Of a DNA stretch of 64,000 bases, positions 58,001 to 64,000 are shown one piece after another. The DNA lies in assembly GCF_902459465.1 (NCBI RefSeq), contig NC_047076.1, positions 8,184,001-8,248,000 of the forward strand. Direction: 5' to 3'. A model generated the notes under the pieces. The model saw only the letters and a program-made list of their open reading frames with translations, did no database searches and was not told where the DNA came from. The DNA is from Asterias rubens (taxonomy: Eukaryota). The first letter of the stretch is position 1; each line of letters starts with the position of its first letter. Both the position numbers and the translations under genes were made by a program.

Positions 58001-59866
58001 TTGGGGGCCTGTAGTCTACTGGCCAAAGATAGTGTGAAAAGGGCTTACATAGTACACAGTCAACCCTTTTACAAATAGAAGTATTTGTGAGGTATCCTTT
58101 TTGTTTTCCGCTGAACATTAACTTACCCTTCATAATGGTGCTGGCATCTTCTGGGGTGAAAGCTCTGTGGTTGAAGATCAAATAAAAAGCACACAATAGT
58201 AAGCATTTTTACCTTCAACTTTAATTTTGTTTGTAGTCGCTGGTGGACCATTTTTAAAACCCAGTACAGGGCAGTGTTAAGAGTTATTCCTGATTATTAG
58301 GTCAAAAACTAAAATCAAGTTTAGGAGGTTTGTTGAAATGATGGCATTTTGACCCTTTTGCTCTCCTATGGAGCTTTAGGGAACAGTATCCTTTGCACTA
58401 GAGAAGTAGATCAAAGAGCAGGATCCATATTTAGCTTTGTAGAAAATGACAGCAATAATTGTCATGTTTCCATGGTTTAACGTCAGCAACACAATGTACT
58501 TTGTATTTGGGTGCATTGGTTCTACACCTGTTGACCACCTGCCAATCACTGCCATAAGTCCCTAACCATCTGGGCCCAATTTCATAGAGCTGCTAAGCAC
58601 AAAAATTTGCTAAGCATGAAATTTTTGCCTTCATAAAAACAGGTTTTCCAACCAAATTTTTATGTGATTTTCAGGATAAACCAACAACAGCTGAATACCA
58701 GTAACAGGCAATATCCATCAAATGGAAATTTTGTTGGCAATCCTGTTTTTATCAAGGAAGAAATTTCATGCTAAGCAAATTTTAGTGCTTAGCAGCTCTA
58801 TGAAATTGGGCCCTGATGAAAAAAACTGATGCCACCAACTTGCACGAACAGCAAAAAAAAATGGGAACCATTTACTCCACCATCTACCCACGACAAAATC
58901 CAGGACACAAGACTCAAGTCTAGAAAGCAGCTTGCAAACCATCTGCAAAACACCCTTTCAATTGCCGACGGTTATTGAAGCTAAAGGTTTGCAATATAGA
59001 TGGAAGCTAGCCCCTGACCTGATCTAGAATCAGAAGCCCCCAGCCACTATCTAGAATCGGAAGTCCTCGACCTTACCTGGATATGTCTGGGAGATGAAGA
59101 CAGAATCCAAGAGCTTGCAATGCAGCCTGGGTAAGCTCGTTATCATCATTCATGATGTCAACGCTAACGATGCAAGTCAACTGTGCTGTGTGCTGGCAGA
59201 CCTCACGGGACACTGTGGCATCTTTGTCACTTTTTAGACGTCTGTGAAATACAACATGGAAAACAATTGAGGTTAAGTAAAATTAATAACTAAAATAAGT
59301 GTGATGCTACATGTATTTGCTATTTCAAAGCGAATGTATACCTTTTGTGAACCATTTGATTGTTTAAATTCTATATAAATGAAGATATATAACACAATAA
59401 AACTAACTTTGGGAAATTTCATTTCAAAAAGGTGTTTGTTTTTTTAAAGCGCTGACAATCCTGAGCAGTTTTGGCCATGCATGAAGAATAATTCATCATT
59501 GAAATACATCAACAGAAATGTTTCCAAGATTCAAATGTTTTGGGGATCAATTTTTTCTCTCCAGTTTTCACATTACTTCGAGGTGAAATATTTCTCTAAA
59601 TTCAGCTTTTGAGCTGCGAGTAAGGGTGATTAGCCTTCCAAATTGTTATACCCACTCGGGAACGTGTTAAATGTTGAAGAAGAACAATCCAACAAAATTT
59701 CAACCGGACGTTACAATACTTACTCTGACAGGGTGAGGTAGGCACCCACTTTCTCCTTCAATGGTCCCCCCTTCCCCTCTAATGTACTAAGGAGGGGGCT
59801 GAGAATGGGTGCCTTGTTGGTACGGAAAGCATCCTGGTCATCATTGCAAGATGCTGTGACCATCAT
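33688..59866 (-). CDS. RIF1: Telomere-associated / replication-timing regulatory protein RIF1, 29 coding exons, ~2650 aa
   Basis: Hand-spliced exons total 7953 nt in one frame, all GT-AG. Peptides match recalled vertebrate RIF1: LSPLLSTLE..AYLTL, QAALQALGFCL, TRALWCLSKQNFP, AKRLKLILQPL..KLDTWWYL, EVNQGDSLDHDF, FWNATFA..LDYPESLK, LTDHQKEML..IPALYNDL, GILK..RRVSF, LPQLTSSMWSRGLGQLVRARNILTVG..LPIRSPK. Confidence 0.95.
34645..34991 (-). CDS. RIF1: RIF1 coding exon 28
   Basis: SRGLGQLVRARNILTVGNLCSLSPTEIRSLPIRSPK; 3' boundary inferred from ag|gtggg donor. Confidence 0.8.
35543..35730 (-). CDS. RIF1: RIF1 coding exon 27
   Basis: ESVFPDLAECGTPVERILPQLTSSMW; CAGCAG (NAGNAG) acceptor. Confidence 0.9.
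36350..36496 (-). CDS. RIF1: RIF1 coding exon 26 (S/R-rich, phase 0-0)
   Basis: FITTPSRRSSSS...ISPGS. Confidence 0.8.
36531..36740 (+). mobile_element. Family A MITE, deleted copy
   Basis: TTAA|AGGCACTGGACACTATTGGTAATT start, then degenerate. Confidence 0.7.
36787..36960 (-). CDS. RIF1: RIF1 coding exon 25 (RVSF PP1-docking motif)
   Basis: SRRVSFAEP. Confidence 0.9.
37060..37240 (-). mobile_element. Family A MITE, one-ended fragment
   Basis: aattaccaatagtgtccactgcctTTAA end. Confidence 0.7.
37281..37325 (+). ncRNA. Degenerate minimal type-I hammerhead ribozyme motif (Penelope-type repeat)
   Basis: GTCTC CTGATGA T GACTAG agcaag CTAGTC GAAAC; 3' GTC-GAGAC arm degenerate. Confidence 0.6.
37540..40774 (-). 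CDS. RIF1: RIF1 coding exon 24 (3235-nt acidic, Ser-rich disordered region ending with SILK-type GILK motif)
   Basis: 1138-aa ORF in track; ttgcag acceptor and gtgagt donor in correct phase. Confidence 0.92.
41090..41259 (-). CDS. RIF1: RIF1 coding exon 23
   Basis: EFVFI..LTDHQKEML..IPALYNDLEQSQDT. Confidence 0.9.
41564..41741. mobile_element. Family B MITE, degenerate
   Basis: gggcccaattt...gaaatcggacc. Confidence 0.6.
41971..42285 (-). CDS. RIF1: RIF1 coding exon 22
   Basis: KLHGSFL...VRRKL, phase 0-0. Confidence 0.8.
42778..42883 (-). CDS. RIF1: RIF1 coding exon 21
   Basis: LKEKTPLVLPGW. Confidence 0.85.
42940..43300 (-). mobile_element. tRNA-headed SINE with GTCCTTGAGCAAGACACTT core and GCGCTATATAAG tail
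   Basis: B box GGTTCGAATCCC, core and tail motifs; related copies or fragments at ~12130-12320 (-), 14750-14905 (-), 19700-19800 (+), 24650-24730 (-), 36085-36320 (+), 43790-43895 (-), 49655-49890 (+), 55130-55330 (-). Confidence 0.75.
44161..44406 (-). CDS. RIF1: RIF1 coding exon 20
   Basis: KLEKLW...FWNATFATTDTLDYPESLK. Confidence 0.9.
44635..44905. mobile_element. 271-bp MITE with CCCAGG termini (CMC/EnSpm-like, possible 2-bp AG TSD)
   Basis: ~32-bp TIR cccaggtcgaaattccagttgaacctagttaa; internal aaccagtt/aactagtt repeats. Confidence 0.8.
45006..45155 (-). ncRNA. Intronic box H/ACA snoRNA-like RNA, extended form (copy A; conserved extension to ~44935)
   Basis: GCATGC/GCATGC lower stem, TAAGTGGC/GCCACTTA upper stem, H box ACAGTA, GGAACCAGTGA/TCACTGGTTCC hairpin, ACA. 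Confidence 0.6.
45414..45562 (-). CDS. RIF1: RIF1 coding exon 19
   Basis: FTTVGTMASIFSTLFTNVSQPSI. Confidence 0.8.
45695..45869. mobile_element. 175-bp hAT-type MITE with 8-bp TSD
   Basis: gtcgaaat|TAAGCTTGGGCGATAT ... ATATCGCCCAAGCTTA|gtcgaaat. Confidence 0.92.
46021..46168 (-). ncRNA. Intronic box H/ACA snoRNA-like RNA, extended form (copy B; conserved extension to ~45960)
   Basis: Homologous 5' hairpin, H box ACAGTA, GCATAC/GTATGC second hairpin followed by ACA. Confidence 0.6.
46616..46855 (-). CDS. RIF1: RIF1 coding exon 18
   Basis: RPLGNLTAIIKLV, phase 0-0. Confidence 0.85.
46904..48080 (-). mobile_element. 1177-bp internally deleted DNA transposon with 13-bp TIR, 6-bp TSD and transposase remnant (hAT6-like)
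   Basis: tcactt|CAGGCATGCAACT ... AGTTGCATGCCTG|tcactt. Confidence 0.85.
47270..47560 (-). pseudogene. Frameshifted N-terminal transposase fragment with BED-like zinc finger
   Basis: MTSKRN..IDKGVKNTWKWFWLE..AYCVMCK, then in a second frame ALTEHCKAAKHRQL..NYCFPG (CxxC..Hx5H). Confidence 0.6.
48148..48531 (-). mobile_element. Family A MITE, reverse orientation
   Basis: TIRs and internal identity to other copies. Confidence 0.9.
48612..48752 (-). ncRNA. Intronic box H/ACA snoRNA-like RNA, short form (copy C)
   Basis: Same architecture as copy D, H box ACATTA, terminal ACAaaa; 141 nt. Confidence 0.75.
48997..49143 (-). CDS. RIF1: RIF1 coding exon 17
   Basis: TLLKTWAELYQAFARCAA. Confidence 0.9.
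49245..49358 (-). CDS. RIF1: RIF1 coding exon 16
   Basis: TNEVNQGDSLDHDFS. Confidence 0.9.
49947..50127 (-). CDS. RIF1: RIF1 coding exon 15
   Basis: NKELLWRIWSCIVYPL. Confidence 0.9.
50539..50678 (-). ncRNA. Intronic box H/ACA snoRNA-like RNA, short form (copy D)
   Basis: GCATAC/GTATGC lower stem, TAAGTGGC/GTCACTTA upper stem, H box ACAATA, second hairpin GACCAGTG/CACTGGT, ACA 3 nt from inferred end; 140 nt; sense in RIF1 intron. Confidence 0.75.
50730..50800 (-). CDS. RIF1: RIF1 coding exon 14
   Basis: GTPALFLIELL. Confidence 0.85.
51384..51467 (-). CDS. RIF1: RIF1 coding exon 13
   Basis: LPKNVLGSSSYH. Confidence 0.85.
51663..52047. mobile_element. Almost fully palindromic TTAA-flanked MITE (foldback)
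   Basis: TTAA|AGGAACACGTTGCCTTGGATCGG ... CCGATCCAAGGCAACGTGTTCCT|TTAA; arms pair to the centre GGGAGTC-aaaatttc-GACTCCC. Confidence 0.92.
52203..52434. mobile_element. Family B-type MITE inserted in a hammerhead-family repeat
   Basis: GGCCCAATTTCATAG TIR. Confidence 0.8.
52542..52699 (-). CDS. RIF1: RIF1 coding exon 12
   Basis: EVLTQFLSSLQCIVGS. Confidence 0.85.
53194..53304 (-). CDS. RIF1: RIF1 coding exon 11
   Basis: LSHPVITSSTTF. Confidence 0.85.
53647..53829 (-). CDS. RIF1: RIF1 coding exon 10
   Basis: SVQLQGVEMLARIL. Confidence 0.85.
   Translation of the reverse strand, partial: DRCFLLPARKPHVLAYHPVHLAAQRPQCSSRSNFRGWRCWHVFWACPVRLSARRQITTSQ
54001..54133 (-). CDS. RIF1: RIF1 coding exon 9
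   Basis: VCAPLIQ...TPLHRA, gtatgt donor. Confidence 0.85.
54374..54525 (-). CDS. RIF1: RIF1 coding exon 8
   Basis: AKRLKLILQPL...WWYLVSRLG. Confidence 0.9.
54809..54947 (-). CDS. RIF1: RIF1 coding exon 7
   Basis: TLHKGGGLIN...WKVLIDNFA. Confidence 0.9.
55522..55804 (-). CDS. RIF1: RIF1 coding exon 6
   Basis: RWGKLLFPLVVHSAHK...WRIFVTLLGK. Confidence 0.9.
56522..56616 (-). CDS. RIF1: RIF1 coding exon 5
   Basis: VEYEAANVIIR. Confidence 0.85.
57258..57433. mobile_element. Harbinger-like MITE
   Basis: ggcatcgtcacactgcgataacga / tcgttatcgctgcagtgggaccgggcc. Confidence 0.55.
57546..57649 (-). CDS. RIF1: RIF1 coding exon 4
   Basis: CTRALWCLSKQNFP. Confidence 0.9.
58127..58164 (-). CDS. RIF1: RIF1 coding exon 3 (38-nt small exon)
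   Basis: RAFTPEDASTIMK; needed to reconcile phase 2 to phase 1; cacag / gtaagt sites. Confidence 0.75.
58573..58812. mobile_element. GGCCCAATTTC MITE with 3-bp CWG TSD (Harbinger-like), family B
   Basis: ctg|GGCCCAATTTCATAGAGCTGCTAAGC ... GCTTAGCAGCTCTATGAAATTGGGCC|ctg. Confidence 0.88.
59077..59241 (-). CDS. RIF1: RIF1 coding exon 2
   Basis: ELTQAALQALGFCLHLP. Confidence 0.9.
59724..59866 (-). CDS. RIF1: RIF1 coding exon 1 (exon probably starts at 59893 with 5'UTR)
   Basis: gccATGATG start, APILSPLLSTLE...AYLTLS, gtaagt donor. Confidence 0.8.
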
Positions 59867-60509
59867 GGCTCCGTGGCTAGGTCGCAAGAAAGGCTGATGA
59901 TGAAAAACTTTCCTCAATGGTTTGGTAGAATCCTAGGACCTAGTTAATGTAATCGGAGGAGAAATAATCATTTGTTAGTTTGTCGAATTCAGAACTGGGT
60001 AATATGTCTGTTTCCGACTGCCACTTTTTCACTCATTGTGAAATAAAATATAATCTCTTTAAAAAAATGAGAAGTTGCTTATTGGGGGGTTAAATTAAAC
60101 AAAAAGATGAAAAAAGGCAGTCGATTACAATGTTTTTCTCAGAAAAGATGAATAAGATAAAAGATACAGGCATGATTGATGTTTGGTCCTTTGAAAAAAA
60201 GGTAGGAATATTCTACAAGGGCTGACCTAAATCAAAGGATTTAAGTTTAATAAAAAGAATAGAACATTTTAAATTAGACTGTTTAAAACTTTAATCACAA
60301 TTTTATTGAAAGAAAGAAGAAAAAAGGTCAGACTAAACTAAAACTTATGAAGAGAATATACAACAAAGGCCCTAGTTTAACATTAATTGTTTAACGCTAG
60401 AACTAAAATGTAAACAATTTCCAAAAATGAGATGAAATTGTTTTCAAACTGTTGTCCATATGGATAGAACCCACAGCACTGCCTAGTGTCAGCTTGGTCA
60501 GCACATCTG

Positions 60510-60758
60510 GGCCCAATTTCATAGAGCTGCTTAGCACAACAATTTGCTTAGCATGAAATTTCTTTCTTGATAAAAAAAGGATTTATATTTATAACAACAA
60601 AATTTCCGTTTTTTGTACATTGCTTGTTACTGTATTCAGCTGTTGTTTGCTTTCTTCTTGAAATCACGTGAAAATTTGGTAGGTAATCCTGTTTGTATAA
60701 AGGAAGAAATTTCATGCTAAGCAAACTTGTGTGCTTAGCAGCTCTATGAAATTGGGCA
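60510..60758. mobile_element. Family B MITE
   Basis: Same TIR, CTG TSD. Confidence 0.85.
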
Positions 60759-61119
60759 CTGTACGTGATGTTCATGTGACTGCTGCATGCATGCTGCATG
60801 TTTTGTAGAACTTCAATTCAACTTGTGCAGTTGTGGATGCACGTCTTAAATTTAAAATGAGGAAATATTTTTGGCTGCAACCACAACTCCCAATGTTAAT
60901 TTCTATACATCATACAGTGTGTGCCTTGGACCTGTGCCTTGTTAAAAAACGAAGTGTTGAAACAAATCGGCAAAGAAAAATGCCGAAAATAAGATTTCTT
61001 TTAGCAACCCTGTTGACGAAACAACCAGATGTGTCCGGAAATTAGACGACCACATAAAATAAACTCGGCAACTTTTGCAAAGTCTCATGCATGAACCGAG
61101 AAATAAAATAACGACGTAC

Positions 61120-61960
61120 TACCTCCTGCTCGTCTGCTTAAACCGCTCCCACGATCGAGAGCAAATGTGAGATTTTATTACTTTTACATCAATGAAAATC
61201 TTACATTCTTAAAAACTGGCACACGAGTTGATGAGAGAGATGTCCGCTGTCCGCCTACGTGTGTGTGTGTAGGATTTTCCCGCGAACTTGCTGCCCGGGC
61301 ATGATTTCCAAGGCGCGCCAAATCAAATACTCGGGAATATTAACGAGTAGTTCGTGTCAGTATTAAATGCACAATAATAAATTACGAACTACTTGTTGTG
61401 AATACAAGTTGTTGTTATTCTTTGTTTCCCCCCGTATAATCAAGGTATTTTTGAGGAAAATAAGTGTGTTTAAGTCAACATAAACATGTTTTCACCTTAT
61501 TCGAGTACAATTGGCAAAACATTTAGCCATAACTCTATAAATTATAGTGTAAATGTTAAGTCAACTCTTTCTTTATAGGACATTGCTACCTCTGAACGAT
61601 AGAGGGCGGTATACAAGCAGACCGTTAAAAAACACTTCACCTAAAGTTTCCCAGGGCACTTGGTCTCAAATCCTACATTGGTCTCTTCATTGAAAGAAAT
61701 TCTTTCACATTTGTTCCGTCAATAATAACTCCCTGATAAACTGCACAACTGTTATTGTTCAACTGTTGCGCCAAGCAAACTTTCCACCTCCGGAATTTTC
61801 CACAAAAAATAGTGACTCACTTTACCCAAAATTTTCCCAACAACCAACTACCGTTAATTAGATATAGCGCCCTCATTGGGGCCATACGAATTCGGTCATA
61901 ATAATAAAACGTACGCGCACGGACGGACGGACGGCCGGGATCGATCATCGAAGGTAAATT
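61120..61960. promoter_or_regulatory. CpG-enriched region: probable RIF1 promoter / non-coding first exon (-, donor near 61122) and possible divergent first exon (+, donor at 61954)
   Basis: Local CpG enrichment upstream of the RIF1 ATG exon; gag|gtagt on - strand and aag|gtaaat on + strand. Confidence 0.4.
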
Positions 61961-63856
61961 AAATGTCAATTTGGTGCATGGAAACGAGAGACGCTCTTTT
62001 GCCCAGTTGGACAAATTTGTAAGAATTCTCTGTTTTATCGAAGGTGAAATTTATGTGACAGGAGGTGATAAGTGTAACCGGCTAGAAAGGTATGTGTAGG
62101 AAATGTTTAGTGTTGTTTTGGACACAGGGCAAGGGTATACAAACTTAAAAGAACCTACCAAGTGACGGTTTGTCACAGAATAAAATAATGACTTACAATA
62201 AAAAAAGAAAAAGAAAAAAAAAGAAACAGTAAAAAAAAAAAAATATACGGAGTGGATTGGACCGATTTATGGGGCTAGAACCAACCTAGTTTAATAATTT
62301 TTAATAATAACATTTCGAATAATTCCACGACCTGAGGGTTTCTTAGTAATTCAGCTTTTGAAAATTTGTCATTTTTTTGCTTTGGAATTGGAGTAGTGCC
62401 TCATGAAAGCGGGCAGCAAAGCGATGTGGGAATTTTTTTTTCTTTTTTCCTTTTTTACCTTAGTCGGGTAATACCCCAAATTTCCAAACAGCTGACCTTC
62501 CAAAAATTTTAATTTAGGAATTCAACAGGCTTAAAAATGATTTTAAAATGTTTTTTTTTGAAGCATTTTTGATTATTTACTTAGCATTGTATTAGTTGCT
62601 ATGAGAGTTTTATTTAGTGTGGTGCGCATGACTGGGGATTATGCACAGGGGCCAGCAATTTAAATAAAATGAACAAGTGTCACACTGAAACTATGCTTGT
62701 GGATTCTAGTGAGTTTAAAAATAAAGCTCTAAATAAAAGCACAGCGCACAAGTTGTGAATATTGTGGTCAATATTGACACAACAAAATGCCGCACAGAGT
62801 AATATAATTTGTCATGAATATATTGGCGTCAACACATACACATACATGTCTGGGCCAACATGTACATTAGAAGGCCTCAATGTGTGGTGAAGAGGTTGTC
62901 AACTAGTGGTTTAATCCCAACGAGGCCTGGTTCTTGATAATTTTACCGAGACAAAGTCGAGGTAAATTATAAAGAACCAGGCCTCGGCGGGTTTAAACCA
63001 CTAGTTGAAAACCGATTCAACACACTTTGATTCCCATTCATAAATACCTTTTCGGTAAAAAACATCATCACTTTTTGGTCAAAAAGTAAAATAAGTGCAA
63101 AAATTATAATTGTTCAACACAACACCCCTCCAGCTATGAAATGGTAAAGCCCTCCGCCGCCCTCTGGTAAACAACTCCTTATAAGGGAATGCTGTGCGCG
63201 TCGCGCGTATCGCGTGATGTGGCACAACTGTTTCAGCCGTTGCTCTTGACCAATAGGAATGAAGGAACTGTCTTATAAGAACAGGTGCAATATCGCGTGT
63301 CACGCCCATGAATTAACACTTTTTACCGGTCATAAACAATGGTTTATACACACCCATGTGATGCGCTCTCCACCAATAGAAATAGCGAAACTGTCTGAGG
63401 TATTTATGAATACAGTTTGACATCTTCATGAGCTTCTCATTATAATAATCATCAGATTCTACCTTTACCATTCGTGCTGTGACTTAAAACATAGGTACAC
63501 CCTACTCTGTTTTTAAATAGAAACTTGTCTACTCAAATAGGAGTGATTCAACAGTGTGGTATACATATATAGGATTTGAGGCATTGCATGGTGAGGTATC
63601 AATGTGTATTTGGTTTTGGGTAACACCATGTGTGTATCTACTTGCCAGGTAGAGTTTGTTCGTAGAGAACTGTTTTGCTTTATTCTACTACCGCGGAGTA
63701 GATGTTTGGGGGTTCGGGAGACTTCTCAGTTTTGAAAAGAACTGTCCTGCTTTTTAACTATTACCCGGGCGGATGGTATAGAAAATAGGCTGGGACTAGT
63801 ACTTTAGCTTATAGGATCGTGATTAACTGTACTACCGTGGAGTCAGTTCTTAAATT

Positions 63857-63895
63857 GGTCTCAATGTTTCGGTTGCTCTAGTCATCGTCAGGAGA
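63857..63895 (-). ncRNA. Degenerate minimal hammerhead motif in a 63570-63900 repeat
   Basis: TCTC CTGACGA TGACTAGAGCAAC C GAAAC ATT GAGAC (stem II half deleted). Confidence 0.45.
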
Positions 63896-64000
63896 ATGTC
63901 TCAACCCAGATATATGGTATGTACAACGCTTAATTGAAGCAAGGATTTCTCTTAGTTGGTTGAAAGGCTTTTTTTTAAAGAAAAGGAGGCTGCCCCTATT

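Overview
AT-rich eukaryotic genomic DNA, most likely from a deuterostome invertebrate (echinoderm-like; inferred from repeat content and gene models, not proven). Two convergent multi-exon genes could be reconstructed by hand with GT-AG introns and consistent phases. The first is an SLC38A11-like amino-acid transporter (+, 12 coding exons, 1991-27685, 463 aa). The second is RIF1 (-, 29 coding exons, 59866-33688, about 2650 aa), with N-terminal HEAT region, a 3.2-kb low-complexity exon and the C-terminal SILK/RVxF PP1 motifs. Introns are packed with MITEs (TTAA-, CWG-, TA-, 8-bp- and 6-bp-TSD classes) and tRNA-derived SINEs. The most notable unexplained structures are: (1) four paralogous H/ACA-box snoRNA-like RNAs, sense-oriented in four RIF1 introns, with compensatory stem changes, in a short and an extended architecture, plus other structured intronic islands; (2) a 14-unit tandem array that reiterates the SLC38A11 exon-2 end and splice donor and differs from the real exon only at third codon positions; (3) a 6-bp-TSD (hAT6-like) transposon with a BED-finger transposase remnant folded into a ~240-bp hairpin; (4) three minimal hammerhead-ribozyme remnants in a Penelope-type repeat family. 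Most short ORFs in the supplied track are spurious.
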